A stretch of DNA of 64,000 nucleotides from Eledone cirrhosa (taxonomy: Eukaryota): NCBI GenBank assembly GCA_964016885.1, contig OZ024743.1, positions 278,008,001 to 278,072,000 of the forward strand. Reading direction: 5' to 3'. Positions 45,651 through 60,307 of the stretch are shown piece after piece. Made by a program: the position numbers and the translations under genes. The notes beneath the pieces were generated by a model that was not told the DNA's origin, did no database searches, and worked only from the letters and a program-made list of their open reading frames with translations. Position 1 is the stretch's first letter, and each line of letters starts with the position of its first letter.

Positions 45651-46118
45651 ATATATTGTAAGGTTTTTGATATGAAATCTTGTGTCGAAACAAATATTGT
45701 TATACTTAGGGAACACACACCAAATATTATACACACACGCAAACGCATGCGCAGTTACAGAGACAAGAAGAAATATATTAATTAATTAAAATAAAAATGG
45801 CGTAGACATTACAATACAATAGGAGGAAACATAATAGTACCAATGATGATGTTGCAGATGTGCAACAAGAAAACTTTGATAGACTATATATATATATATA
45901 TATATTTATATCTGTATTTTTAACCGGTGGTCAATCAATGGCAAACATTTATTGCAAAATAAATTAACTATGGAGATATAAAAGATACAGAAGCGAAAAC
46001 CAACCAAATAGTGAGTGTGTTCTGTTGTTATTTCTGGCAATTTTATAACAATATGACCCTCCCCTAGTATAACAATATATATATATATATAACAATATAT
46101 ATATATGTATATATATAT

Positions 46119-46826
46119 ATAAATGGAATAGAATGAAACGAAATTTCATTTCTCACTCTTAGTACGGCACTTACTTAAATGTAAGTATGTATGTATACGT
46201 ACATACATATATGTATACAGACGTACAGTAGCATGTATATATATACATACATGCACACATACATATATGCACGTATCAGTTTACCGAACATTTATTATAA
46301 TGCTCGGTTTGTTCGTTTGTAAACAAACAAACAGCCTGAATTACGCCGTACAGTGTTTAGGCAACCACGTCACCTTTTTGTTCAACACTGACACAGGAAC
46401 GATGTACTAGTTTCAAGCTTATTAGCTATCGTCAGCACCGTATACCTTTCTGCCAGATAGTTGAACGTCCGAAAGTATATACTTTCCTTATGAAAATTAA
46501 CGGCTGAGCAGCCTAATTTGCATACCGAGTGAGTTCAGTCGGCCAGGCGCACCGAAAACGATAAATGGAATAGAATGAAACGAAATTTCATTTCTCACTC
46601 TTAGTACGGCACTTACTTAAATGTAAGTATGTATGTATACGTACATACATATATGTACACAGACGTAATTCAGGCTGTTTGTTTGCTGCAAACGAACAAA
46701 CCGATAATTATATTAAATGTTCGGTGAACTGATACGTGCATATATATATATATGTGTGCCTCTATGTATATATATACATGCTACACTACGTCTGTATACA
46801 TATATGTATGTACGTATACATACATA

Positions 46827-46830
<4 letters not shown>
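46119..46830 (-). mobile_element. Family B head-to-tail ~1.2-mer (442-nt unit) followed by an inverted segment
   Basis: ataaatggaatagaatgaaacg at 46119 and again at 46561; strand flips at ~46666. Confidence 0.88.
46399..46441 (-). ncRNA. Minimal hammerhead (family B)
   Basis: acggtg CTGACGA tagc-taataa-gctt GAAA ctag TA catcgt. Confidence 0.9.
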
Positions 46831-46903
<73 letters not shown>

Positions 46904-46904
46904 T

Positions 46905-47028
<124 letters not shown>

Positions 47029-47071
47029 TATGTATGTATACGTACATACATATATGTATACAGACGTAGTG

Positions 47072-47148
<77 letters not shown>

Positions 47149-47164
47149 AATTAATAATAATAAT

Positions 47165-47345
47165 TGGCAGTATCGGTAGAGGGTCGGACGCCATGCTTTC
47201 CAGCATAGTTACGTCCCTTTACAATCTGAGTTCAAATCCCTCCGAGGTTGACTTTGCCTTTCATCCTTACGGGGTCGATAAATTAAAGTACCAGTAATGC
47301 ACTGGGTAATTGCTGGCCTTGTGCCTAAATTAGAAACAATTATTA
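47165..47345 (+). mobile_element. tRNA-derived SINE
   Basis: A box tggcagtatcgg, B box gagttcaaatcc, core gcctttcatccttacggggtcgataaa. Confidence 0.82.
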
Positions 47346-47997
47346 CTAATATTTGTAAAACTCAGATTACATTTATTATATATATATATATATAATCTGT
47401 TATTTTACTATATATATATATAGTAAAATAACAGATTATAGTTTAAGCAAAGAATCGCTGCTTTCACTGTTAACGGGATCTTCTGAAACTAAAAGAAAAA
47501 TGAATCTGTGGACGCAGAAGTAAATATTTTGAAAAATGTTGTAACCGAAGGAAAACAGGAAGACGACACTTTGGTTCATGAAGACGTTCCCTGGCAATGA
47601 ACGTTAAAAAAAGGGAGGATAATTACATCGTCATGTGGTGCGTTGAGAACAATTTCACGCAACGACAAAAAAGACCCCAAAACAAAACCACGTTTATGGT
47701 ATAAAAGGAGTCATTAGACTAACATACTATTTAGGAAACCGAATAATTCTCAGCTCAGGAGTTTAAGAATAATTGTTTCTACTTTTTGGCACAAGTAGTT
47801 GCATTACTGGTACTTTATTTTATCGACCCCGTAAGGATGAAAGGCAAAGTTAACCTCGGCGGGATTTGAACTCAAGAATAATGTAAATAAATTTGTTGAA
47901 CGAAAATGACAGAAGGATATATATATATATATATTGGAGAATGTGTGAAATTCTTGGTACAATTAGGTATATTAAAAAAAAAAAGGAAACTAACGAC

Positions 47998-48203
47998 TTC
48001 ACTTGTAGTTCTAAACAATTTAATTTTATAATATTATCATTTTACAATTTGGTTTTGTAGATCTAGGTGGGGTGGTAAGTTAACCAGGAATCTTTAAAAA
48101 TCTCTCCACCTAAGTTAACAAAGAACTTACTAGATCTACAAAACCAAATTGTAAAATTATAATATTATAAAATTAAATTAAATTTTTTAGAACTAAAAGT
48201 GAA
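47998..48203. repeat. Imperfect inverted repeat
   Basis: ttttacaatttggttttgtagatctag / ctagatctacaaaaccaaattgtaaaa. Confidence 0.85.
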
Positions 48204-48223
48204 CCCATTATTTTACTTCTTTA

Positions 48224-48333
<110 letters not shown>

Positions 48334-48392
48334 AAAGAATAGAGGTGTAACACACAAGTTATTATATATTGGTAAACGGAATAGAAAATGCT

Positions 48393-48951
48393 GACAAATT
48401 GTTCACAGTTGAAAAATGGTTTAATTAGGAATAAAAGAGTATTAGTGATTGTATGGGTTAGTATTCAGTTGTGGTTTTAAGTTTTTAAGTTTTTACCGGT
48501 TGCGCATTTCTAAATGCTTTTCAAAAATAATTTTGAGATAGAGTGTCCGTGTTGTTTGCTCTGATCTGATTAGTTTTGGGAATTCTACCTGTTTTTATGT
48601 TAAAAAAGTGGCTCCAGCGTTACTTTGGTGTTGCAAAAATTCTTGTGGTCAAAACAATTTTGATTGGTCGGTAGAGGTCATCTGAATGTAAAAAATTGAT
48701 TTTGCGCCAAGACTGTTTTTATGTTAAAAAAGTGGCTCCAGCGTTATTTGGTGTTTGCAAAAATTCTTGTGGTCAAAACAATTTTGATTGGTCGGTAGAG
48801 GTTATGTGAATAAAAAATTGGTTTTGCGCCAAGATTGAGAAATGACTCTTTCACAACAAATATGTGTGTGTGTGTGTGTGTGTGTGTGTAGTAAGGTGTT
48901 CGATGTTGTGATAATGGTTAGCAGGGATGTGTGTCAAATGGCTATTAAGAT

Positions 48952-48986
<35 letters not shown>

Positions 48987-49096
48987 GCAGAGTAATTCGT
49001 GGTAGCAGGGATGGTCAGTAAGAATGTGTCTGAAAGCAATGGGGGGTATTTTAGCATGTCAAAAGATATTTTTCAGCTTTTGTCTTGTACGGAGAA

Positions 49097-49135
<39 letters not shown>

Positions 49136-49437
49136 AGTCTCTTTGTATGTTAATGTACGCGTGTGTATGTGTGTGTGTATATATGTGTGTGTGTGTGTGT
49201 GTGTGGGTGGACCAGTATTTTTTTCCGCTGGTAAAATGGTGTACATTATTCGATTTTTTCAGTAAAATCGGTTCTCTTAATAGAACATCAAAAATCTTAA
49301 CAATAAAAGGTGTGAAATGTATATATATGTAGTGAATACCGGTAAAAACTTAAAACCACAACTGAATACTAACCCATACAATCACTAATACTCTTTTATT
49401 CCTAATTAAACCATTTTTCAACTGTGAACAATTTGTC
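48393..49437. mobile_element. Element bounded by ~100-bp inverted arms, with a decayed U3-A8 HHR at 48490-48528 (-)
   Basis: 48393-48500 is the reverse complement of 49338-49437; reverse strand ttt TTGAAAA gcattt..aatgc GCAA ccgg TA aaa; internal ~120-bp tandem duplication. Confidence 0.7.
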
Positions 49438-49661
49438 GCTACTCGTATTGCGTTTCCTCCCATGGTTATGCGTACGCGTCCCCCTCGCCAATGTGGTGGT
49501 GTCGGGACCATGGTGTTTGATGCGTTATGTCCTTGAGCAAGACACTTTATTTCACGTTGCTCCTTCTACCTGGAGTTGCGACCGATAGAGAGTACTAGCA
49601 ATTGGAAAGACCAACGGAAACATTGTTTCCTCGGTTCGATTTGACGAAAGTCGATCGACTG

Positions 49662-49723
<62 letters not shown>

Positions 49724-49967
49724 ATATAGTTGTATAAATTACTCTATCCACAACGGGCATGACTTATGGTACCCATTTAAATCAGACATATGCAATAGTT
49801 CTAATTCGTTATAGTAACGAGATAAAAATTATTTCTCTTCTTCTGTGCTTGATATATGTATATAAGTATGCAAAACAAAACACAAAACCTGACAACGGGC
49901 GGAAGAACTCATGAGTCAACGACCATCCATAAATGTATAAATATGTATATTTATGTATGCATGTGTT

Positions 49968-50011
<44 letters not shown>

Positions 50012-50082
50012 AACACATGCATACATAAATAAACATACACATCCATATATATATATATATATATATGGATGTGTATGTTTAT

Positions 50083-50433
50083 GCACTGGGACATAGAAAT
50101 AATCGGGATGGATACCCGATCACGTGGTTAAACCATTGGGAGTGAAGGACCCCTAGACTTCGTCAGGCCATTCTTCGGGGAGAAGGGAACTCAGGAAACT
50201 GGGATAACTCCGACATAAAACCTGCGGCTCAGTAATTACCGATGATGTTGATCTTTTCTTCCTTTCGGGTTATAGCTACTGTCGCTCGGAGAGTGGGATT
50301 GGTTCAGTGCACAGTCTTTCCTCACTTTTAAAAAAATCTTCACGCACAGACATTGCACAATAGCATTAATTTATACTTATTAATGATGTTATATCGTGCA
50401 ATGGCCGTACTCGAAAGCGAGGTGGCAGCCATC
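50083..50433 (+). mobile_element. Family K repeat ending in a stem-loop + (TGTA)n
   Basis: Body homologous to 57981-58180; 3' end gcagccatca recurs at 51696. Confidence 0.6.
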
Positions 50434-50444
50434 ATGTATGTATG

Positions 50445-51620
50445 CCTGCATTTATATTTTGTGTTTTTCTCTTAATTTCGAGCTTATCTTTGACCAGCTA
50501 CCTCCCCGACTGCAAGATTGAAAAGAGATTTTCACTGACACTTGTTCAATCGTTCATCCTTTACAGAATTTCAATGTTCCAGACATTACATTCATTTTTA
50601 GCTCATGAATTCAGCAGCTGCGTTCTTTCTCCAAGACACCGAATTCAATCATAATTATCTCTTTGTTTTGCACAGTCTACAACGATGTAAGCTGCTGTTT
50701 ATCATCTTTGGTGTAGTAGAAACAATATTTCTCGCTCCTGGGATGTATGAAGGAATCTTCCAAGGTGGGATGTTATGGATTCGTTGAAACACCATTTCAG
50801 GCTTTTGGTGTGGCTTATCACTTCCATGGCCTGCATTCTCCGTTCAAATACCCACGTACACCTTTTTCAGTCAACTTGTCTATTATTTTGTCGTGAGAGA
50901 TCTTTGTTAGCCTCTCCTCTAGTTCAATGACTGTCCTAACAATTTTGTTGTTATTCATGTGCGTAAACATGGGTGAAATTGTTGCTGACCTTTTTCTACA
51001 TTTGAAGATTTTTGCCTACATCCACATTGATAAAGAAATTTCCAATAAAGCAGAGTAACTTGCTAGTTTACATTTCTTTCGGGTTTTATTTGATTAATTC
51101 AGCAGGCAAAAGATTGACTACTTTGTTTATCTATATTACTCACACTTTGGAACCAACATATTTTCGCATTAGTCTTTGCAGATAACCATGCAGCTTTTCA
51201 TCCATGGATTCACCGCAGTATTTCTGAGCAATGTCCCTGGGTGTGAGGTTTTGATTATCATGCAGGGAGTATTTCTCACGTAGCTCCTTCCCAACTCTCA
51301 TGATCTTACTGTCACATGTAGAGAGACTTACTCAATAGATGGGCAGCTACACTTGGTGGTTCGTAGATGTTGTCGGAGGGATATGATGCGACATTCAAAT
51401 GCTGTCAGGACTGATGTTAGACCTCTGCCGCCTTCTTTACGTCTCAGGTAGAGGCGGTTTATGCCTCTCTTGATGTGGCAATTTCCGACGTTGTTTAAGA
51501 TTTTTCGGGTTTTGACATTGATAACTCGGATTCATCTATCGTCCAATCGAGTATTCTAAATATTGGCGTTAGTGCAGTCACAGCAAACACATTGTGAGCT
51601 TCTGTTTTGTTGTACGCAGA
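50445..51620 (-). pseudogene. Decayed R4/Dong LINE fragment
   Basis: Aligns by eye to 24210-24620 (gatatgatgcgac, ctgatgttag, ctctgcc). Confidence 0.75.
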
Positions 51621-51798
51621 GAGCAAAAAACCACGTCTGTTGCTCATGCTTAATTATCAAGCGATGGCATTATTCGAAATCGAGTTGCAGCCATCATGTA
51701 TGTATGTATGTATGTATGTATGTATGTATGTATGTATGTATGTATGTATGTATGTATGTATGTATGTATGTATGTATGTATGTATGTGTGTATGTATG

Positions 51799-52074
51799 TT
51801 CTTCTGGTTTTATAATTTAATACATTTTTACCAATAGAAAGGGAGAGTCGGTTTCTAACATAGTTACAAGACTCTTTCATTGGAATTTAAACAACATCAA
51901 CTAGGTAGATATGCCTGCATGTCTGCATGCATGCATACATGTGTGTGCAGGTATGGATGTTAATATATGTGTGGATACGTATGTTTTGAGTTATATGTCT
52001 GCATGTGTATATGCAGTTATTAGATGCAGAATCTTTTGAATGTTTTACATATTTTTACTGTTCCATTAATGGAT
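51799..52074 (-). mobile_element. R4/Dong LINE 3' end
   Basis: Same terminus ttcttctggttttataatttaa as 23377; (TATG)n on both sides. Confidence 0.85.
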
Positions 52075-52520
52075 AGTATGTATGTATGTATGTGTGTATG
52101 TATGTGTGTGTATATGTATGTATGCATGTACATGTTTATGTATACATGAATGCATGCATGCACATACATGTGTATGTATCCCTGTGTGAATGTATGTATG
52201 CATGTATTATATGCAAGTTCGTAAGTATGTATGCATATATGTATGCATTATTTGTGCTTGTATGTAAGTGTATATGTTAATTGTCTCGTGTTGTATAGAT
52301 TTACTACAAGTTTCTGATTTAACTTTATAATATTTATTGTCTCGTGTTCTTTGCATTTACTTTAATCGGTGTCTTTAGTTTCAACTCGTCTTTAATTTCA
52401 ATGTGAATTTTTTTCTATAGTGTTGGGGTGGACATTTTTTTCTATTGTTTAGTGTAATATTTTATTTACTTTAAATTTGATTAAATAATCGTTGTAGCTA
52501 ATTTTTATTTCGTTCCGATT

Positions 52521-52719
52521 TACGAAGGTCTGCTGAAAAGTTCATAGGCTCTCTATGAAAGAGTGATGTTAAAGCAGTGAAATCTTGCATTTATAAATTT
52601 CAACTCTTATGAATAAATACATGGTGTCTTTCAAGGGGCTTTGTCGAAATATAAACCTTATTTGAACATTACATGAGGGTATGTTGGTCAGCCAATGTAC
52701 TTTTCAGCCAACCCTCGTA
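52521..52719. mobile_element. Mariner-type MITE
   Basis: TIRs tacgaaggtctgctgaaaagt / acttttcagccaaccctcgta. Confidence 0.78.
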
Positions 52720-53327
52720 GTGTTAATTGTGGTAAAGTGTAGGTTTAGAGAAAATTTTATTTTAAAGGTTGACCCGAATCGTGGTTCGATGTTACTTAAT
52801 TTATTCTATTCAGGATTATTCGTTCGTTTGTACGCTTTGGGTTTTTTCACTCTGGTTTTAGCCGTTGAGCGTTTGGTTTATTTCAGCGTGTTACTTTGCG
52901 TCGGTTTATGTTCGTATATACATGGAGATTACTTTGGTTCTTGTTATGCCGAGAGTGTTTGGTGTTTAGGTATAGTTTTGAAGGTCATGATTGCTTTATT
53001 TTGGGGGGGGCGGGGTGTCATAGCAGAATTTCAACCTGATATATGACAGAATATTATTCCAGACACAACAGAGTTCAGAACATCTAAATCAAAAAAAAAT
53101 TTTCATTGACAAAAATATATTTTTTTTTTTTTAGTTAGCTTCAAAATCTACAAAATCCCTCATCTGTTACATATAGTTGATTCATTTTGTTTTTTTTTAT
53201 GAATTTATAATGTAGGATATGTTTGGTGGGTGGCTTCAGTGTAGGGGTATGGACTGATTTCGGGGATACCATTAGATTTGCGTAGATTTTTCTGCATTCA
53301 CGTTAAGACAAATGCCGGTCATAGTCT

Positions 53328-53390
<63 letters not shown>

Positions 53391-53467
53391 CTATATATAT
53401 ATATATATATATAAATATATAAGTTAAAACAATGAAATAAAAAATCAAGTCATTAGAAATATACTTC

Positions 53468-53607
53468 ACTGCTTTACGATCGTTTCTAGGTGATGATAAT
53501 ACATCGTAACTATACGTCGTTATCGATCTATTTAAGGTTAGTTACAAAATATCAGATAAGGAAAATATTTACTTACATGCATATCACCAGCTGTTGTCAA
53601 AAGCAAT
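53468..53607 (-). ncRNA. Family H-related hammerhead with U3-A8 core
   Basis: attgctt TTGACAA cagctggtgat...atcaccta GAAA cgatcg TA aagcagt. Confidence 0.7.
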
Positions 53608-53919
53608 AAACGTATATGTATATATATGTATATACACACACATGTACATGTATCAGCACATGCACATGTAAACCTATATATATATATATATGCATATAAA
53701 TATGTATTCATACAAATGTATATTTGTAAGGAATAGTTGTGTTGGTACAAATATCTATGAGCATAGTCACAGACATGCACGCGCACACGAGTTTATAGGG
53801 AATGTTTCTTTGAACTGACAAAAGAATATTTGACAAAAATATATTTCAGCACTAATACACACAGACGGGCATGCATCAGACACACATGCGTTAGACACAC
53901 ATGATATATATATATATAT

Positions 53920-53993
<74 letters not shown>

Positions 53994-54039
53994 ATACATG
54001 GCCGCTGCCTAATGATTAAAACCAGTTAAAGAATAAAAG

Positions 54040-54106
<67 letters not shown>

Positions 54107-54942
54107 TGTTATGAGGAGCAATAATTACTGATTTGTTAGTCAATGATATAGTATATGGAACTTTCATGAAAAGTTTATCTTGTCGCTTGACTTGATGTTG
54201 TGTTTAATAATAAATGCTTTGAACCTAGAAATTAACAGATAGAGAGATAGATAGAGCAGAGATCAATCAGCGTGACTGAAGTTCTTGTCCAGTGAAAACC
54301 AGCTTGGGAGATTGAAGTATACTTAGTATGAGCGAGAGATTGAGAGAAAGAAGAGGTAGATAATGACGAAGGAAAAGAGAATGAAAGAGATAATGATATG
54401 TATATTTATGTGTGTATAAATATATATATATGTGTGTGTATGTGTGTGTGTAGTTGTGTGTGTGTGTGTGTGCGTATGTGCGCGTGCGTGCATGTGTGTA
54501 TGTAAACGAAGAGAGTGTGGGTGGGGCGGGGGTAGACATGGAAGTGTATAGCAACAAGTAGAAATCTATCAGGATATATTTAACGCGTGCATTTATATAT
54601 TGATGTTAGTGTATTTGTCTGTGTGTATCTATATATGTGTGTTTGTGTAAGTGTGTGTGCGCGAGTATGTGCTTAGAATTATTGTCAATTATGTAGGCAA
54701 CGCTTTAATTTTAGATAGAAATTAGAAATGAGGCGGGGACAAGCATTAAGTCGGCTATTATACACAGATAGGATGGGTTGAGATCAATTACTTAACGAGA
54801 GAAATATTAGGCGTGGGAAATTGCAATATATATTGACAGACAGCTACATAGATTCATAGATAAATGGACAGATAGATGGATAGATAGGGCTATTAGAATG
54901 TCATGTATATATACACACACATATACATAAATACCTACATAC

Positions 54943-54992
<50 letters not shown>

Positions 54993-55358
54993 GTAAATAG
55001 CGGTCTAAACGAGTTCATTATTGAAGTTTCCCATTTCTGATCAACGCCTTCCCAACAACCATTAGCCAATAAGATGGTGAGATTTCAAAAATTTTGTTTC
55101 GTTGAACTACTTCAGAAAGAAATTCAGCAAACAATGATGAAGTCAATATAAATGAAAGGAAATGGGATGGACACTAGTGATTGACTACATTACATTATAT
55201 ACTCATCAGATCTTCTATTTGACGTCCCTATCTGAATATCCCAGGTCAAAAAGTGCTGATACTGTGGCTTTTCCAGTTGAATCGTTCCACCCAATGAACG
55301 GGTGTATGCGTTTGAAATATATATTTTCGAGATAAGGTCGAAATTAAATATATTTGTC

Positions 55359-55394
<36 letters not shown>

Positions 55395-55398
55395 GGTG

Positions 55399-55439
<41 letters not shown>

Positions 55440-55959
55440 CGTGGGGGGGGGGTATGAATATAAATCATGTTTTATGCTTCACTTTCACTCGGTTTTAATA
55501 TCCTTTTATGGTAACAAAACAAACCATAATGAAACATAATACATGAAGGCACGTAATATCTATTAGGTTCTGTCTCGATCAACTACATATAGCAGCCAAA
55601 AGATTTTCAAATCATTCTTTAATGTCATAGAAAAAGGACACATTTGATAATGGAGTTCAAGATGTAGTTCAGATCTCTGAAACGCAGAAACAACCAATCG
55701 TACAAATGATTATTCAAATAGATAATCAATAAAGAAAAGCTTTGTAGGTGTTGACTATTGATGTATTTCTCACGGATTTGACTAGTTTCCTATGTATGCA
55801 TGCTATATATTTTTCAGACTCCTTTTAAATTTCTTTCAAATACAGAAAGATCCGGTTTCCTGCCCAGAAATAAATACTCTCTATTGTAAATTAGACAATA
55901 AAGTTATGTCTGGCTGTTGCCAGCCTTTAGCTATGTATGTATGTATGTATGTATGTATG

Positions 55960-57780
55960 TCTAACTTTGTTTGCCAATATATGTTGATATGTATCTGCTT
56001 CTGGAATGTTTTACATATTTTCCCAGTCATTTCATCACACAAAATTGTAATTTCTTATTTTACTGTAGTATTTCTGGTTTTATGTTGCCCATCTTTATGA
56101 GACTGCACACGGGAAACTTTATGACATAAACATCTACCTCGATATATTTCTAAATTTATATTTCGGTGGGAGAATGTACTGATTTTTCATTAGATTGGCA
56201 GATATGTTGATTACCTATTAGCTTTAACTTTATATTCATGTCATTTTTAATAATGTGTACATTATTTTTAATAATGTGTACTGATTGTTAATAATGTGAA
56301 CATTTTCGTTTTTATGTCCGGTCTGTTATGCCTACATTCCATAGAGGTTTTGAATGGAATATTCCGCTATTATTCATTCATATTCTGACTGAGCATGCCC
56401 TGAACATCACTCTAATAGCTTATATTTTGATCTTCAGAACTGTCCTTCTATATCTAGCGTTTTGAGGTCGACATCAAACCCCATAGGCAAATAGTATCGT
56501 AATGGCATTTTCGGGCAGTTGCTTATGATGTGGTTTATATATTCAGTTTTAATTCCATAGAGTCTGCCTCATTTGTCTCATTTAAGTGTTTTACCTGCAT
56601 TCCTATCACTTTTATTACATGAAGTAATTTGATGTTTCCTATTCTTTGATTGCAAAAGCATATCATGCAAAGTCGATTTTAATATGCTGATATATATTAA
56701 TTTTTGGTAGAAGATAGTCTGTATTGCTTATCTATTTCACTGTCACATTGAAGCTTTCTGACAGCAAACCATGTATAACCTTTTGCTGATAAGTAGAAAA
56801 CCGTTCACCCGAGTTTCTGTTATAGTAGAGGTAGAACTGTGCAACTTCCCTGGTCATGAGTCATGGAATAGTTTCCGAAGAATGTTTTTCAACTATCATG
56901 ATGCTATTTGTTTCATTTATCCGACTAAATTCTTTGATATAATTCGATAATTGGTGGCTAGTAGGTTTTGTTGAAGGTGTATAATGCGGTTTTCAAAAAG
57001 TGTTTGCATCAATGTTACGACTCAGTATCTAGTGTTTGGAGTAGGTAGAGGTGCTAATTATTATTATTGATATGATAATTTATAGTGTGGTTTTTTTCCG
57101 CTTTTTAACACCAATACCCCGCAGCAAGTCTAGACTTCAGCCGAGTGATGTTAGCACGAGTACCGGAGGATCAAACTCATTAGAAACAATTTCAATATTT
57201 AAGTATATTTCTAAGGAACAACATTTTCATGCGGCTGTTAAATTTCTTAATTGCGCGATATTTATTAAAGTTTTATCATCGGATATATTATCATCCATCC
57301 GTTACAATTCTAAGTCAAGTATCGGAGAAAAGGTCAGACGTATGATATAGAGATTGCTAAACTGGCATAAAGTTTTCCTTCGATTTGTAATTAGATAGGA
57401 ATATTTATCTTCACCGAACTCCATATCTGTATCCTTTGTGTATGTCATAATCGGACAATCGGACAATGGCTATTCTTCATGCAATTCATATATGTTTTAT
57501 ATGCTTTCAAGTCCAGTACACGGAGCTATCTGAGAAGCTTTTTTCTAACCGTTACTCAAATATATACGCTTCCTATTTCTCCAACAAAAAACGATAAAAG
57601 ATTCACTAAAAGTATGAACACCATCACAGAGTGACTGTTTTTTAACCCTACCTCTGTCATACATTATTCTAGTAGTGATAATACAATATTTTTCTTTGCA
57701 TCTAAATTTAATACAGGTTCACAGAATGAAGATATCTATGGAATTGATCATGGGCTCTGATATATTAATAATTCGAGAAA
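55960..57780 (-). pseudogene. Older R4/Dong LINE copy
   Basis: ggtctgttatgcct, atagtatcgt, gattgcaaaagc and aactccat blocks shared with 23377-25122. Confidence 0.75.
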
Positions 57781-58511
57781 CGCAATTGAAAACACGCATT
57801 AGTTAATGAAGGATTTGATTTAGCTTAGAAGTGTTCAATTAAAAAAAATGTATATATACTTATGTGTGCAAGTAAGTAAGTGTGTGTGTGTATGTATGTA
57901 TGTATGTATGTATGTATGTATGTATGTATGTATGTATGTATGTATGTATGTTTGTATGTATTTAAAAAAAATGTTTTTGCCTGGGAGTGAAAGGACCTCA
58001 ATTGTTGTCACAACACCTTTCTAAGAGGGTAACCCTGATAAAAAAAATTATGCGCCTTCGAAACCATCCGATGATGTTGACCAGTTCTCCTTTTAGGGTT
58101 GTGTTTTCGAAGCTCAGAGTGGGAGTAGTCGAGTGCAAGGCCTTTCTCCCACTTAAAGTACCTTCAAAGCACTCTTGTTCAAGATCTGTTACAGGTTCGT
58201 GTGGCTGGCTGCAGCCTAAACGTGCATCATTTTCCATAATCTGACATGCGATTGCAATACTCTTAGTAGGGTATGCGCTTTTATTGTCACAGCAACCCTC
58301 TTTGAGAACACCATCATCATTGTCATCATCGTCACCAGTGCCTTCATTACCGTCATTACATTCCATCAATTATTGTCGTCATCATCATCAGCGTCGTCGT
58401 TGTCGCCATCGTTCTTTTCGGATTTTTAATTATAATATAAGGACAAAACATATCTTGTATATGTATATATATATACGCGCACACACACACGCGCGCGCAC
58501 GCACACACACA

Positions 58512-58597
<86 letters not shown>

Positions 58598-58619
58598 GTA
58601 TATATATATATATAGTATG

Positions 58620-58659
<40 letters not shown>

Positions 58660-58803
58660 TATATATATATAAATATATATAGTATATATATATATATATA
58701 TATAGTATATATATATATATATATAGTCTATATATATATATATAGTATATATATATATATATAGTATATATATATATATATAGTATATATATATATATAT
58801 ATA

Positions 58804-58851
<48 letters not shown>

Positions 58852-58876
58852 TATATAGTATATATATATATATATA

Positions 58877-58996
<120 letters not shown>

Positions 58997-59253
58997 TATT
59001 TAAAATGGTGGACAGAACAACAAAGATTTACGAATACATCTATATATGTAATGTTCTCTCCAGCATTTTAAATATGATTTCTTGCTCTGCTTAATATACG
59101 ATTGTTAAACTACCCCTCTTTCCATCTAATCGCATGGCTCACTAGTCTAACAATCTATATGCATTGACCACACTAACCTTATCTTTACTGGCTAGTAATC
59201 TACATAACTAATCACTTTTCTCTCCTCTTGATTAGCCTATTTGCCTTTTACCT

Positions 59254-59296
<43 letters not shown>

Positions 59297-59744
59297 AGTA
59301 TATGTTGGTTGTTTACCGACACCTCAGTATGCAGAATGGAGCAGTCGACGAAGTACACATGTTGTTAAAGTGTATTTTACTCCGTCAATACATCGATATG
59401 TCCAGCTCCTGGTTGTGTTGTTAGTGGTAGTGGTGTTAAGGGGTCAGCTGGCAAGTCAGCTTTCGTGTGTTGCTGCTATGTTCAGAAGAATTTGTGTGTA
59501 GGTTGGTATCTATCCTGCCACCATTTCATGTGGTGGGGGGGTGCCAAAAAAAAATAAAATAAAAAAATAAATAAATAAAAAAAAATAAATAAAATAAAAT
59601 AAAAAAATATATATATATAAATTAAAAAAAAAAAAAAAAATATATATATATAGGGTGCGTAACCGCTATTACTGTAGGTTCATCCAAGTGAGCACTCGAT
59701 ACGTAGTTCCCGTCTGTAACGACGTGTAGAGCCAAACAGTGTAA

Positions 59745-59868
59745 ATATAATAGTAAAAGAACGAATTGTTATACCTTCATTAAGTTTATTGAGTTAATGA
59801 GTAGTGACCTGAGTCACTACTCAATAAACGTAATAAAGGCATAACAATTTATCCTTTTACTATTATGT
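59745..59868. repeat. Family D palindrome centred on the HHR cleavage site
   Basis: gagtagtgac-ctga-gtcactactc AATAAA. Confidence 0.8.
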
Positions 59869-60211
59869 ATAAATATATATATATGGTGGTGCTGGTGGCG
59901 CCGGTGATGATTATGATGATGATGATGATGATGATGATGATGGTGGTAATGATAATAAAATAATGGAAAGATATCGGTGAAGAACATAATGATGTAAACT
60001 ATGAGAAGGGGAATGCAAGAAATTTCATTAATCTTTCTTTTATCTAAACAAAGATTAACAGCATATATTTACTGTGAAAGCTTGGGGAGAAGGAAGCTGG
60101 AGATGGAAAGAGAAAAATAGGCGAAAGAAAAGGTGATAGAGAGAGTGTGTATAACACGTAATAGGGTTGGGGGTGAGGAAAGAAAAATATGTAGGAGAGA
60201 AGGAAACTGTG

Positions 60212-60307
<96 letters not shown>

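Noticed and set aside
50395-50435. HDV-like ribozyme at the family K end
   Set aside because: Only a simple stem-loop; could not build the nested double pseudoknot
59337-59410. HHR-like stems ggagc/gctcc and acat-cgat-atgt-c
   Set aside because: Both core boxes absent; too decayed to call
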